In this document: positions 27,120 to 37,985 of the stretch, in pieces
Layout of the letters: every line of letters begins with the position of its first letter
How positions within the stretch are numbered: position 1 is the first letter of the stretch
Assembly: GCA_000092065.1 (NCBI GenBank)
Contig: CP000584.1
DNA from: Ostreococcus lucimarinus
Lineage: Eukaryota
Reading direction: 5' to 3' (one strand)
Length of the DNA: 64,000 nucleotides
Made by a program: the position numbers and the translations under genes
The notes under the pieces: generated by a model
What the model was told of the DNA's origin: nothing
The model's database searches: none
What the model saw: only the letters and a program-made list of their open reading frames with translations

Positions 27120-27761
27120 CTAAGGCTCGCGAGGCGTCGTCGACGGCAACTTGACTCTTTTCCCAGGAAGCTGCCCGTCGTCGGCGGCGGTTTGCAAGTC
27201 TGCGTGGTACATCGCCGCGAACACGGTGGCGTCGCGCACGCGACGCATTGCCCGCACGTCTACTCTCGTCGCGAGCGGTTTTGGTTTCCCGTAGTTCGGC
27301 TCGCGCGTTCTCGACTCTCGTCCTCCAAGCTTCGCCCCGCGTCCAACGCCGCCCGCACCCGTTCTTCCCATTCCCCTATCAGCCCTTCCAACCGCTTTCC
27401 TCTCGCCCGTCGCGCCTCCGCCGCGTTCGCTCGTCGCGTTCGCCTTGTTCTTCGCGCTCGCGCTCGCGTTCGCGTTCGCGTCGCGCGCCGCCGCCCCCCC
27501 ATCGCATCTCCTCAGCGCGTGCGTCACGAGCCCGTCCTCGAGCACCACCCTCCCGCACGTTTCGCACCGCACCAGCAGCCGCACGACGTCCTCGATCGAC
27601 GTCAGCGGCGCGACTTTCGCGCCGATGCCGAACACCTCGGTCGCCACGCGCGCGACGTCCTCGGCGCGCGCGCGCCTCAGGAACGGCGGCAGGCGCGCGA
27701 TGAGCGCGCGTTCGACGTCCGTCGCGTCGTCGGCGTCCCCGCCGTCGTCGCGCGGCGGCAT
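27120..27761 (-). CDS. Possible Sgf11/ATXN7L3-like zinc-finger protein (SAGA deubiquitinase-module adaptor); weak call
   Basis: ATG at 27759-27761 verified. An N-terminal helix is followed by 'CETCGRVVLEDGLVTHALRRC' (C-x2-C-x11-H-x4-C, compared with the Sgf11 C-x2-C-x11-H-x3-C). It could instead be a chance ORF in the FKBP promoter region. Confidence 0.3.
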   Translation of the reverse strand: MPPRDDGGDADDATDVERALIARLPPFLRRARAEDVARVATEVFGIGAKVAPLTSIEDVVRLLVRCETCGRVVLEDGLVTHALRRCDGGAAARDANANASASAKNKANATSERGGGATGERKAVGRADRGMGRTGAGGVGRGAKLGGRESRTREPNYGKPKPLATRVDVRAMRRVRDATVFAAMYHADLQTAADDGQLPGKRVKLPSTTPREP

Positions 27762-27835
27762 GTCGCGCGCGGCGGCGACGGCGTTCGCGCGCGCGCGCGT
27801 CGTCGACTGACGTTCCGCATTGCGCGACTCGACGC

Positions 27836-28879
27836 ATGGCGACGACGCGCTGCGTCGCGCGCGGCGTCGCGCCGCGCGAGCGCGCGCGAGCGCGCGCCGA
27901 CGCGTCCTCGCGCGCGCGCGGCGCCGCGCGCGCGCCGACGCGACGCGCGGCGTCGAGCGAAGACGTCGACGGCAGCGGCAGCGGCGATCGACCGACGACG
28001 ACGACGCGCCGACGCGCGCTCGCGGCGTCGCTCGCGCTCGCGCGCGCGGTGACGATCGACCTCGGTGCGGTGCGCGCGCCGAGCGCGCGCGCGGCGTCGT
28101 CGACGTTCGACGACGATCCGTTCGCGCGGAACGACGGGGCGAGAGTTTTGGATAGAGTCAAGACGAGCGGGACGGCGGCGACGACGACGGATGAGGGGCG
28201 CGCGAAACCCGGCGTGTCGACGGAGACGGAGGCGGCGAAGGACGAAACGGTGAGAGATGAAGCGGTGAGAGGCGCGGCGGCGGCGCCGGAGGCGGCGCCG
28301 GGGCCGGAAGCGGTGTCGAAACCGGCGGCGCCGAAACCGGCGCCGCCTCGCGTCACGGAGAGCTCGACCAAGGTGGACACGAAGGCTTTGCTCAATAACA
28401 CGCGCATCAAGACGTACAACAACGCCCCGGTTGATTTTCCGGCGTTCTTGCGCGAAGGTTACGACGTTAAAGTGATTCATGGGAATGATTACACCGTTCG
28501 CGAAGACGGGCTCATCGTGAAGGATTACTTGATAGGCGAGGGCGAGTCGCCGAAGGATAATCAAGAGTGTACTTTCAATTACGTCGCGTACAACGAGAAC
28601 GGCGGGACGATCGACAGTACGTACCGTCGCGGCGCGCCCGCGAGCACGCGTTTGGGGATCAACGGCATGATTCCTGGTTTCGAACTCGGGATCAAGGATA
28701 TGCGACCGGGAGGCAAGCGCAGAATCATCGTCCCGCCCGAGCTCGGCCCGCCCACCGGTCCCGCCACGTTTTTCTCGGCCAAGCAGTGGGAGGTCTTCGA
28801 CATCGAACTCTTGGACGTCAAGTCGTGCTCTCGCGCGGGCGGCTTGGGTTCGTTCGGCTCGAACATCGTGTGCGAGTAG
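27836..28879 (+). CDS. FKBP-type peptidyl-prolyl isomerase, thylakoid-lumenal (Tat-targeted)
   Basis: ATG at 27836 verified. Transit peptide followed by a twin-arginine motif 'TRRRALAASLALARA'. C-terminal FKBP domain 'GEGESPKDNQECTFNYVAYNENGGTIDSTYRRGAPASTRLGINGMIPGFELGIKDMRPGGKRRIIVPPELG'. Confidence 0.8.
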   Translation: MATTRCVARGVAPRERARARADASSRARGAARAPTRRAASSEDVDGSGSGDRPTTTTRRRALAASLALARAVTIDLGAVRAPSARAASSTFDDDPFARNDGARVLDRVKTSGTAATTTDEGRAKPGVSTETEAAKDETVRDEAVRGAAAAPEAAPGPEAVSKPAAPKPAPPRVTESSTKVDTKALLNNTRIKTYNNAPVDFPAFLREGYDVKVIHGNDYTVREDGLIVKDYLIGEGESPKDNQECTFNYVAYNENGGTIDSTYRRGAPASTRLGINGMIPGFELGIKDMRPGGKRRIIVPPELGPPTGPATFFSAKQWEVFDIELLDVKSCSRAGGLGSFGSNIVCE

Positions 28880-28947
28880 TTCACTTCATTTGTAACGACG
28901 TGCTAGCCAGCGTAGACGACCGAGACGCACACCTCGACGCGTCAGCC

Positions 28948-29859
28948 ATGCTCGGACTCGACGCGTACGGGTCGTCCAGCGACGACGATGCGCAGGAACG
29001 AGAACCCTCGCCGGCGCCGCGCGCGCGCGAGGCGCGCGTCGACGCCCCGCGCCCAGCGGCGGCGCAGAAACCGAGCTTTGGAAATCTCCCGAAACCCGGC
29101 GGCGCGCGACGCGTGGTGACGATTCCAGCGCCCGCGCTCGCGCGCGCGCTCGAGGACGACGACGACAGCGATTCAGACGATCACGCGGCGAAGCGCGCGC
29201 GACGCGCGGGAGCGAACGCGGAGGCGAGCGGTGGGAAAATAGGGAGCCTGGCGGCGGCGTTGCCCAAGCCTAAACGCGCGTTGGGGGGCGGCGGCGGCGG
29301 TCTCGGCGGTGGCGGCGGCGGCGTGATGCTGGATTTAGGTGACGGTGGCAAAGACTCAGTCGCGCGGGGGCACGACGAGGACGAGGACGAGGATGAGGAC
29401 GAGGAGGCGGGTCCGAGCGCGCACGCGGCGTCGATGTACGCGGTGGACGACGACGGCGAATACGTCAATCGCGACGCGCACGTATACGCCGCAGACGCGT
29501 ACGCGGTGAGTGACGACGCGGAGCAGACACGTGCAAATCTCAGCTCGGGAGACTTTGTCGATCAAGCGCTCGCGGCGGCGGCCAAGGTGGAGCGCGAGCG
29601 ACACGGTCGCGATATTGAGATTATGACGATCTCCGCGGACGACTTGCGCAAAGCGCCTCAACGCCCGGGGGCGGCTATCATCCAGCACGAAGGCGCGCTA
29701 TCGAACATTCATACCACGCAGACCAGCGCAACGGCGAAGCATAAGCATCAGCTCACATCGTTACTGCACGAGGCCAAGGTTGAGGAATCGCGCATCCTCG
29801 AAGCCGGTCTCAAGGCGAATCAAACGCGCGCGACGAATCGACGCAAGTACGGCTGGTGA
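28948..29859 (+). CDS. PRCC: PRCC-family protein (MAD2B-interacting, pre-mRNA processing)
   Basis: ATG at 28948 verified. The C-terminal signature 'KHKHQLTSLLHEAKVEESRILEAGLKANQTRATNRRKYGW' matches the conserved PRCC C-terminus (...RKHQITYL.HQAKERE.EL...QTQAKYGF). The body is acidic and Gly-rich. Confidence 0.6.
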   Translation: MLGLDAYGSSSDDDAQEREPSPAPRAREARVDAPRPAAAQKPSFGNLPKPGGARRVVTIPAPALARALEDDDDSDSDDHAAKRARRAGANAEASGGKIGSLAAALPKPKRALGGGGGGLGGGGGGVMLDLGDGGKDSVARGHDEDEDEDEDEEAGPSAHAASMYAVDDDGEYVNRDAHVYAADAYAVSDDAEQTRANLSSGDFVDQALAAAAKVERERHGRDIEIMTISADDLRKAPQRPGAAIIQHEGALSNIHTTQTSATAKHKHQLTSLLHEAKVEESRILEAGLKANQTRATNRRKYGW

Positions 29860-29987
29860 TTGTAATTAGATGTGTGATGATTAGATATTCTAGTGCATGC
29901 AGCTCGCGCGTTCCAAAAAAAGCTATTGATGCGTCGCGCGTCGCGCAGTCGGCGTTTCGATTCGTCGTCGCGTTCTCGCCACCGCTC

Positions 29988-30443
29988 TTAAAGTTCATTT
30001 TCGATGACTGAAATCACCGTCTCCGCCGGCAGCATCCCTTCCGTGCGCAGCGCGGGTTTGGACGAGTCCGTGCTCACGAACACCAGCGTGGGCAAGCCTT
30101 GAATCTGCAACTGCGTCGCCAAATCGCTCTCCTCGTCCGTGTCCACCTTCACGCACTGCACCTTGTCCCCGAGCTGTTCCTGCACCTTCTCCAGCTCGCT
30201 CGACATCAGCACGCACGGCCCGCACCACGTGGCGTAGAAATCAATCACCATCGGTCGATCACGGTTCGCCATCGCGATCTCCAGCTCCTCGGCGTTCATC
30301 TTTTGCACCGCACCGCAGCGAATCGTCCCCGCCCGCGCGGGTTTCGTCGTCGCGCGTCGCGCGCTCTTCGCGCTCGCGCGCATCGACGCGCAGGTGCGGC
30401 GCATCGCGAGCGCGTTCGCGCATCTCGTCGTCGCGCGTTCCAT
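29988..30443 (-). CDS. TRX: Thioredoxin (WCGPC), plastid-type, with a transit peptide
   Basis: ATG at 30441-30443 verified. 'MVIDFYATWCGPCVLMSSELEKVQEQLGDKVQCVKVDTDEESDLATQLQIQGLPTLVFV'. Confidence 0.8.
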   Translation of the reverse strand: MERATTRCANALAMRRTCASMRASAKSARRATTKPARAGTIRCGAVQKMNAEELEIAMANRDRPMVIDFYATWCGPCVLMSSELEKVQEQLGDKVQCVKVDTDEESDLATQLQIQGLPTLVFVSTDSSKPALRTEGMLPAETVISVIENEL

Positions 30444-30569
30444 CGTTCGCGGGTCGTTCGCGAGTCGGTCGTCGTTCGTCGAGCGCGACGCGAAGTGTCG
30501 AGAATAATCGCGCGAGTCCACGTCCACGTCGGCACAAAGAGACGTCGCGCGGCGACGACGGTGGCCGGC
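30444..30569. promoter_or_regulatory. Divergent promoter region between the thioredoxin and alpha/beta-hydrolase genes (126 bp)
   Basis: Verified start codons at 30443 (minus) and 30570 (plus). Confidence 0.4.
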
Positions 30570-31781
30570 ATGCGAGCCACGACGACGACGATGACGACGC
30601 GCGCGCCCGCGGTCGCGCGAACGCGCGCGCGATCGAGCGCGCGACGTGCGACGACGTTGAAGATGACGATGCCGATGACGACGACGACGGCCGAGGCGTC
30701 GACGGGACGCCGCGTGGCGACGCGATCGACGACGACGAGACGCGAGGATGGGACGATGCGATCGCGCGTGCGCGCGCGCGCGTCGACGATGGACTCGATC
30801 TCCGCGCGCGGGGCGTTGGAGCTCGAGACGGACGCGCGAGGCGTCGAACGCGTGAAGCTTCGGGAGTCGGGATGGAACACGTGGAATTGGCGAGGGTACG
30901 CGTGTAATTACATCTCCGCGGGAGAGGATAACGATGGACCGATCGTGACATTGGTGCACGGGTTCGGGGCGCACAGCTATCACTGGAGGTACACGATTCC
31001 CGCGCTCGCGCGCGCGGGATATCGCGTGTACGCGCTGTGCATGTTGGGATACGGTTGGTCGCCCAAGGTGGAGGAGGAGTATTGCATGGAGTTCTGGGGC
31101 CAACAGGTTGTCGATTTCACGAAAGAAGTCGCTGGGGCATCGGAGACGGATAAGACGATCATTGTCGGGAACTCGATTGGAGCGTTGGCGGCGTTGTTCG
31201 CCGCGAGCACGCAGCCGCAGGCGTGCAAGGGATTGTGTTTGGTGAACTCCGCGGGTAACTTTGAACCAGACGCCGCACCGGGGCCGGAGAAGAAGACGTT
31301 AGCGCAACGCGCGGTGGGCGACGCGAAAGAAATCGACGGTAAGTCGGCTGATTCGTTCGCGGACAAGCTTCGCGAGACGTTCAGTCGCGCCGTGGCGACG
31401 GCCATCTTCTACTCCACCAAATTCCGCATCAGGCAGATTTTGAACCAAGTGTACGAGTTCGACGTCGACGACGACCTCGTCCGCTCGATCGATCTCGCGG
31501 CGCAAGACCCGGGCGCGATCAAAACGTTTTATCAGCTCTCCCTCGCCGGTTCGCGCACCAAAGTCAAAGCCGGCGACCTCTTGGCCGATTACGACGGCGA
31601 CTTAATGCTCCTCTGGGGCGAGAAAGATCCTTGGATGACCCCGACCAAGGCAGCGCGCATTCGCGAGATCAAGCCCAACGCCGTGTACGCTCCCGTCCTC
31701 GGCGGTCACTGCCCGCATGACGACGCCCCGACCGAATCCAACGCCGCGTTATTGCGTTGGGCCGAAACCTTACGCGCGTGA
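30570..31781 (+). CDS. Alpha/beta-hydrolase of the pheophytinase/CLD1-like chloroplast family
   Basis: ATG at 30570 verified. S/T/R-rich transit peptide, then 'WNWRGYACNYISAGEDNDGPIVTLVHGFGAHSYHWRYTIPALARAGYRVYALCMLGYGWS', a nucleophile elbow 'GNSIG', and a C-terminal 'GGHCPHDD'. Confidence 0.7.
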   Translation: MRATTTTMTTRAPAVARTRARSSARRATTLKMTMPMTTTTAEASTGRRVATRSTTTRREDGTMRSRVRARASTMDSISARGALELETDARGVERVKLRESGWNTWNWRGYACNYISAGEDNDGPIVTLVHGFGAHSYHWRYTIPALARAGYRVYALCMLGYGWSPKVEEEYCMEFWGQQVVDFTKEVAGASETDKTIIVGNSIGALAALFAASTQPQACKGLCLVNSAGNFEPDAAPGPEKKTLAQRAVGDAKEIDGKSADSFADKLRETFSRAVATAIFYSTKFRIRQILNQVYEFDVDDDLVRSIDLAAQDPGAIKTFYQLSLAGSRTKVKAGDLLADYDGDLMLLWGEKDPWMTPTKAARIREIKPNAVYAPVLGGHCPHDDAPTESNAALLRWAETLRA

Positions 31782-31864
31782 TCCCGTCGCGCGCACCATT
31801 TACCACCTCAGCATCTATTTATTTATTGTAACCATCGTAGCACGCGAGCCGACGAAGCGCGAGG

Positions 31865-31905
31865 CGACCGACCGACCGACCGACGACCGACCGACCGACC
31901 GACCG
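31865..31905. repeat. (GACC)n microsatellite in the spacer between the hydrolase 3' end and PRK
   Basis: gaccgaccgaccgacgaccgaccgaccgaccgacgacc, read at 31861-31910. Confidence 0.7.
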
Positions 31906-32250
31906 ACGACCCAAACCGGCGACCGACCAGGCTAAAAAAGTCAGATTCGGTTCACGAATCGCCGGTACCCCCTCCCGCGTTTTTAGCGCATCGACATCGC
32001 CGCGAAATCACATAGTGCGATCGCGCCCTTGCGTACGGTGAATCGCGCGAGTTTGCCCTTTTCGCGCGCGCGCGCCCGCCCCTATCCACCCCGATCGCCC
32101 GCGCGCGCGCTCGGCGCGCGTCCGCGCCTCCCCACGCGGCACTCTTCGACGCACGCACGCGCCGAACGTCTAAACAAAAACTCGCACGCGTTCTTCTCGA
32201 AGAACCGTCCTCGACCTCAGTCGCGCACGCACAAAACCTCTCCAAACACG

Positions 32251-33533
32251 ATGGCTTCCGCGCTCGGATTCGCGACCGCGGTGCGCGCGCGCCCCGTCGC
32301 CGCGCAAAAGCGCGCGACGGCGCCGAAGGCGCGCAGCGCGCGCGTCGTCACGCAGGCGAAACGCGATGGTCCGGTTATCATCGGTTTGGCCGCGGACTCC
32401 GGATGCGGCAAGTCGACGTTCATGCGACGCATGACGTCGCTGTTCGGCGGCAAGGCGACGCCGCCCGAGGGTGGGAACCCGGACTCGAACACGCTGATTT
32501 CGGACACGACGACGGTGCTTTGCTTGGATGATTACCACTTGAACGACAGGCAAGGACGCAAGGATAGCGGTTTGACGGCGTTGAACCTCAAGGAGCAAAA
32601 CTTTGGTGCGTTGCGATGGGAGTGATGCGAGGCGAAACGCGAGACGATCGCGTGTTATCCACAACGCGCGAGACGCGATCGGGACGCGATCGAGACGAAT
32701 GACTGACGATGAACGCGCGTGAACGTTTACGCGATGACGCAGACTTGATGTACGAACAAGTTAAGGCGCTCAAGGAAGGCAAGTCCGTGGATAAGCCGAT
32801 CTACAACCACGTCACCGGTGTCTTCGACCCGGCGGAGAAGATCGAGTCCCCGGAGGTTCTCATCCTCGAAGGTCTTCACCCGTTCGCGGACACCCGCGTG
32901 CGCGACATGTTCGACTTCAAGATCTACTTGGACATCTCCGACGAAGTGAAGTTCGCGTGGAAGATCCAACGCGACATGGCGGAGCGTGGTCACTCCCTTG
33001 AGTCCATCAAGGCGTCCATCGAAGCGCGCAAGCCGGATTTCGACGCCTTCGTCGACCCGCAAAAGGAGTTCTCCGATGTCATCATCCAAGTGCTCCCGAC
33101 CCAGCTCATCCCGGATGACAACGAGGGTAAGATCTTGCGCGTGCGCATGATCATGAAGGAAGGCCTCGAAAACTTCGACGCTCCGTTCTTGTTCGACGAA
33201 GGTTCCACCATCTCTTGGATCCCGTGCGGCCGTAAGTTGACGTGCTCCTACCCGGGCATCAAGTTCTTCTACGGTCCGGACACCTTCTACGGCAAGGAAG
33301 TCACCGTGCTCGAAATGGACGGTCAATTCGACAAGCTCGAAGAGCTCATCTACGTCGAATCCCACTTGTCGAACACCTCCACGAAGTTCTACGGCGAGAT
33401 CACGCAACAAATGCTCAAGTACCAAAACGGCCCGGGCTCCAACAACGGTACCGGTTTCTTCCAGACCATCGTTGGCCTCAAGGTGCGTGAAGTGTACGAG
33501 CGCATCGCGGAGAAGGAGGTTGTCGTTAAGTAA
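32251..33533 (+). CDS. PRK: Phosphoribulokinase (Calvin cycle), two exons: 32251..32605 and 32743..33533
   Basis: ATG at 32251 verified. Exon 1 carries the transit peptide plus P-loop 'VIIGLAADSGCGKSTF'. Donor F-G|GTGCGTTG at 32606, ATGACTGACGATG branch at about 32700-32712, acceptor gacgcag| at 32742. The splice recreates the conserved '...KEQNF-D-LMYEQVKALKEGK' junction (Chlamydomonas: ANDFDLMYEQVKA). 381 aa. Confidence 0.9.
32606..32742 (+). other. Spliceosomal intron of PRK (137 nt, phase 1)
   Basis: GTGCGT donor, ACTGACG branch 35 nt upstream of the AG. The two track ORFs (32029..32625 and 32709..33533) are in different frames and are joined by this intron. Confidence 0.8.
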
Positions 33534-33711
33534 GCTTAGATTCAACTCCCGATTTAGGACGCCGACGCGTCGCTCGTTCTAGCACGAGCGACGAAGAAGC
33601 CTGCAATATTAACGCGAAGGAATTCTTCATCAAATCATTTTCGGCGCATCGCGTCTCCGCGCGCGTCGACTATTAGAAACTACAATCTACATCACCTCTC
33701 TCTCGCGCGCC

Positions 33712-34074
33712 TCACGCCCCGCCCTCGCCTCCTAAAAGATGCGACACGCGCGCCAGAACGGAATCCGCCTCGGGCCTGTACGGGTTCTCCTTGTCTGGAA
33801 TCTCCAACACGCTCGGGATCGCCCTCGCGTGCGCCTCGACGAGAAACCGTATCCTATCCGCCACGACCTGCGTGATGAGCACCACCGCGATGTCGTCCCT
33901 CTGCGTCGTGAACGCCTTGAACGCGTCCGCGATCTCGCTCTCCGTCGTGCGCTCGCCGACGATGAGGTAATTCGCGCGCTGTCTCTCGTCGATGTGTCCC
34001 ACGCCCGCGAGCAGAAAGCCGGTGACGGTGTCCTCGTCGCCGATGACGGCCATGAGCGAGCCCTCCTCGTTCAT
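33712..34074 (-). CDS. VHA-F: V-type H+-ATPase subunit F
   Basis: ATG at 34072-34074 verified. 'LMAVIGDEDTVTGFLLAGVGHIDERQRANYLIV...IPSVLEIPDKENPYRPEADSVLARV' is collinear with VATF (120 aa). Confidence 0.85.
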   Translation of the reverse strand: MNEEGSLMAVIGDEDTVTGFLLAGVGHIDERQRANYLIVGERTTESEIADAFKAFTTQRDDIAVVLITQVVADRIRFLVEAHARAIPSVLEIPDKENPYRPEADSVLARVSHLLGGEGGA

Positions 34075-34173
34075 CGCGCGCGCGCGAGTCGCGCGAGCCG
34101 AACGCGCCGAACGAACCGAATCGAATCGACGCCGCGCGCGCGAGTGGCGACACTTCGCGCCGCGACGCGTGTC
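34075..34173. promoter_or_regulatory. Divergent promoter region between VHA-F and the BCD1-like gene (99 bp)
   Basis: Verified start codons at 34074 (minus) and 34174 (plus). Confidence 0.4.
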
Positions 34174-35040
34174 ATGGCGTCCCGGCGCGACGGCGCGCGC
34201 GGCGACGACGCGTGCGCGACGTGCGGGAGGGGTCCGAGCAAGTACACGTGCCCGGGATGCGCGCGACGGTCGTGCGGATTGGAGTGCGTGCGAAGGCACA
34301 AAACGACGCACGCGTGCGATGGGAAGCGGAATCGCGCGGCGTTCGTGGACATTCGCGAGTTCGGAGACGCGGACGTCGTGCGGGATTATCGATTCTTGGA
34401 GGAGGTGGGGGCGGAGGGCGAGCGGGCGAAGCGGTGGCGGCCGACGTTCGGGGACGAGGACGTCGGCGGCGACGCGAATCGAAAAGGCGGACGCGGCGGC
34501 GGAGGACGCGGGAGAGGTAGGGGAAACGGCGCGATGAGTCAGGCGCAGCGAGCGATGGATGCGTTGAAAGCGAAATGCGCCGAGCGCGGGGTCGAGGTGC
34601 GATTCATGGCGAACGGCATGGCGCGGCGACGGTCGAACACGACGACGCATCATCGCAAGAGAGACGAGTTGTCGTGGAGGTTAGAGTGGGTGTTTCACAT
34701 CAATAGCGAGCGCATCGTGCGCATCGATGAAAAAGTAGAGGAAAGCAGCGCGCTGCGCGACGCGTACGCGGCGCACGTCAAGGAGATGACGTTGGCGGTG
34801 GAGAATAAAGCGTCGATGGCGCCGTTCAAGCTCGCCGAGCGCGACGGCGACGTCCGATTCGACGTCGTGATGGAGAAGTTCGACACCCCCGCCAACGCCA
34901 AGGTTTGGATCCCGATCGATTTACGCGATACCATCGCGAGCGCGTTGAGAGGCAAGACCGTCTTGGAGTTTCCAACGTTTCACGTCGTTCCCAGAACGTC
35001 CGCCGAGAAGGACGGCGAAGTCGTTGCATCAAAACAGTAA
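34174..35040 (+). CDS. zf-HIT protein, BCD1/ZNHIT6-like (box C/D snoRNP assembly)
   Basis: ATG at 34174 verified. An N-terminal HIT zinc finger 'CATCGRGPSKYTCPGCARRSCGLECVRRHKTTHAC' is followed by a BCD1-like C-terminal domain. Confidence 0.55.
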   Translation: MASRRDGARGDDACATCGRGPSKYTCPGCARRSCGLECVRRHKTTHACDGKRNRAAFVDIREFGDADVVRDYRFLEEVGAEGERAKRWRPTFGDEDVGGDANRKGGRGGGGRGRGRGNGAMSQAQRAMDALKAKCAERGVEVRFMANGMARRRSNTTTHHRKRDELSWRLEWVFHINSERIVRIDEKVEESSALRDAYAAHVKEMTLAVENKASMAPFKLAERDGDVRFDVVMEKFDTPANAKVWIPIDLRDTIASALRGKTVLEFPTFHVVPRTSAEKDGEVVASKQ

Positions 35041-35577
35041 AAACCTAGCGGTTCGCGTCGTTCGCGTCGTCCTCTCCCGTCGCGCGCCCTCGCGCGTCCT
35101 CCGTCCCTCCCTCTCCGCCCTCGTCGTCCTCGTCGCCGTCCTCCGCCGCGCCCGCGGGCGCCACGCACGGCCGCATCGCGGGGTCAATCGCCATCCGTCG
35201 CACGTCGCGCGCGCGCGCCACCCGCGCGCGATCCCACGCGAACGCGCGCGCGTGCGCGCCCGCGCGCGCGCGCGCCGCGTCGCCGCGTCTTTCGTCGTCG
35301 TCCGCGCCGTCGGTATTCGCCATCGGTAGGTATCCCACGCGCGTCGACGAATGAATCAATCAATCCATGCGCGCCAACCGACGCGGCCGGGGAGGATACG
35401 AGCCGTCGCGCCGGCGCGACGTCGCCTCGCATCGAGGCCACGGCGAGCGCCATGGCACTCATTCTCGTCGAGTTTTCTACATATTTAACATGATTTAGAA
35501 CCATGTGTACAGAAATCGCGAATGCGTTTTGTCCAGCCCGCGCGTCGCGCGCGAAACGCGCCGCCGACGGCGGCGAA

Positions 35578-35634
35578 CCGACGGACGACGGACGACGGAC
35601 GACGGACGACGGACGACGGACGACGGACGACGGA
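35578..35634. repeat. (GACGGAC)n heptamer tandem repeat, about 8 units, in the helicase 5' region
   Basis: acggacgacggacgacggacgacggacg..., read at 35581-35640, 60 nt upstream of the helicase ATG. Confidence 0.7.
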
Positions 35635-35692
35635 CGCGACGCGACGCACACTCCGACGCGACGTCGTCCGTCGACGCCAACCGACCGGCGGC

Positions 35693-37940
35693 ATGGGGAA
35701 GACCAAGGACGCCAAGGAGGACAAGAAGCGCGAGAAGCGCGAGAAGCGGGACAAGAAGGCGCTCGAGGCGGCGGCGACGACGACGACGAAGAAGAAGCGG
35801 AAGACGGTGCGAGCGGCGACGAGAGGCGACGACGACGAGAGACGCGGACGAAGGGAACGCGGACGAACGCGCGCGCGCGATCGCGTCGATGGGGGCGCGA
35901 AAGCGACGGGAGAGGGAGGGAAGACTGACGACGGACGCCGACGACGGGTCGCGCGCGCAGGAGGATTCGGATTCGCGGGAGACGACGGAGAAGAAGAAGA
36001 AGAGGAAGAAGTCGACGAGCGAGGCGAGGGAGGACGTCGAGGGTGAAGATGCGATCGAGGTGGGGACGCCCGAGCCCGAAGAGCCGAACCCGTTGGCGCT
36101 GGATAATTTCGCGCTGAGCGAGCCGGTGAAGGCGACGCTGCGGAAGAAGGGATTCGACGCGCTCTTCGCCATTCAAGCCGAGACGCTGGAGATCGCGCTG
36201 AGTGGTAAGGACGTGGTCGGACGCGCGCGCACGGGGTGTGGGAAGACGTTGGCGTTCGTTTTGCCGATCGTCGAGGAGATGGCGAAGATTTCGCCCATGC
36301 CGGCGAACGGGCGCCGCGTACAAGGTCGTCGGCCGATGTGCGTGGTGCTGGCGCCGACGCGCGAACTCGCGAAACAGGTGTTCGCCGACTTTGACTGGAT
36401 AGGAAACTCGTTCGGGTTTAAGTCCGTCTGTGTGTACGGTGGGACGCCGTATCGCGAGCAAGAGATGGGTTTGCGCGGCGGGTGCGACGTCGTCATCGGT
36501 ACTCCCGGACGCATGAAGGATCATTTGGAGCGCAAGACGTTGATGATGGACAAGCTCAAATTCAGGGTGCTCGATGAAGCCGACGAGATGTTGAACATGG
36601 GATTCGTGGACGACGTCGAGTTGATCTTGAAGAGCTCCGGAGACGTTCAGACACTGCTTTTCTCGGCCACCTTGCCCCCGTGGGTGAAGGACATCGCGAA
36701 ACGTTTCTTGAAGCCAGACTACGCCACGGTTGATCTGGTCGGCGACCAAAAGCAAAAGGCGAGCGGGGCCGTCCAGCACATGCTATTACCTTGTCAATGG
36801 AGCGATCGTGTCGACCTCGTCTGCGACGTCATTCGTTCCAAGGCCCCGGGCGGCGGACGCGTCATCGTGTTCTGCGATACCAAGCGCGACTGCGGCGAGC
36901 TCTGCGACAACTTGCAAAAGGAAATCCCGAAGGGTGCGAAGGCGCTTCACGGCGACGTCAGCCAAGGTCAGCGCGAAGTCGTCTTGGCTGGTTTTCGAGA
37001 AGATAAGTTCCAAGTCTTGGTCGCCACCGACGTGGCGGCGCGAGGTTTAGACATCACCGGCGTCGAGCTCGTGATTCAGTGCGAACCGCCGAAGGACGCC
37101 GAGACGTACATTCACCGCTCGGGTCGCACGGGACGCGCTGGGGCCACTGGCATTAGTGTCACGCTGTGCACGCCGCGTTCCGAATGGGCCGTACCGAACA
37201 TCGAACGAAAAGGCGGATTCAAGTTTGTTCGCATCGGACCGCCGCAACCGGCGGAGATGGCAAAGGCGGCGGGAAAAATTGCGGGAGAGCAAATCCGCAA
37301 GGTGCACAAGGGCGCCGCAAAGCTCTTCATGGACGTCGCCCGAGACTTACTCGAGGGCGAAGATAGCGATAGTGAGGAAGGTCGCGATCCGGTTGAGGTG
37401 CTCGCCATGGCGATCGCCAAGCTCGCCGGCCACGGCGAGCTGAGACAACGGTCGTTGTTGACTTCTCACTCGGGCCAGACGACGCTGTTGTTCACCGCGG
37501 GCGAGACGCAAATCAGAACGCCGACGTACGTGTGGAACTTCTTGCGTCAACGCATGGACGAAAACGATTTGCAGCTTCGTCGCTTAACATTGAGCGTGGA
37601 CAATATGGCTGCGGTCTTCGACGTGCCCTCTGAGCTCGCCGATAAGTTTTGCGCCTTGTCCGAACCCGCATCGAGCGGCAAGTCTGCCGTGTCCATCACC
37701 GCGTGTGAAGAATTACCAGAGCTGAGTCAGCGGCCGCAATCCGGCGGTGGTGGCGGAGGCTATGGCGGCGGTGGACGTGGCGGCGGTGGCGGTGGCGGCG
37801 GTCGTTTTGGTGGACGTGGCGGCAACTATGGCGGCGGCGGTCGCTCTCCGGGAGGAGGAAGGTTTGGCGGGCGAGGACGAGGGTCGCCGGGAGGTCGTTT
37901 CGGCGGTAGAGGCGGCGGAAGAGGTCGAGGACGCTATTAG
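35693..37940 (+). CDS. DEAD-box RNA helicase of the DDX21 / plant RH7 type (helicase core, GUCT domain, RGG tail), two exons: 35693..35806 and 35961..37940
   Basis: Exon 1 starts at ATG 35693 (MGKTKDAKEDKKREKREKRDKK..., Lys-rich). GTGCGA donor at 35807, GAAGACTGACGACGG branch at about 35920-35934, acceptor gcgcgcag| at 35960. Exon 2 carries the Q motif, 'ARTGCGKT', 'DEADEM', 'SAT', 'HRSGRTGRAG', then a GUCT-like region and a (G)nRGG/RFGGRG C-terminus. Confidence 0.85.
35807..35960 (+). other. Spliceosomal intron of the DEAD-box helicase (154 nt)
   Basis: It joins the Lys-rich N-terminal frame (track ORF 35522..) to the helicase frame (track ORF 35505..). Donor GTGCGA, ACTGACG branch about 30 nt from the AG. 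Confidence 0.7.
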
Positions 37941-37985
37941 ACGTGTTAGACGTGTTGTAATCCATTCGTTAATATCACACTTATT

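Noticed and set aside
27762-27835. Branch-point-like motif 'cgactgacg' 25 nt upstream of the FKBP ATG, as evidence of a 5'-UTR intron
   Set aside because: There is no AG between the motif and the ATG, and no upstream donor in a plausible position. A single ACTGACG occurrence in GC-rich DNA is not sufficient.
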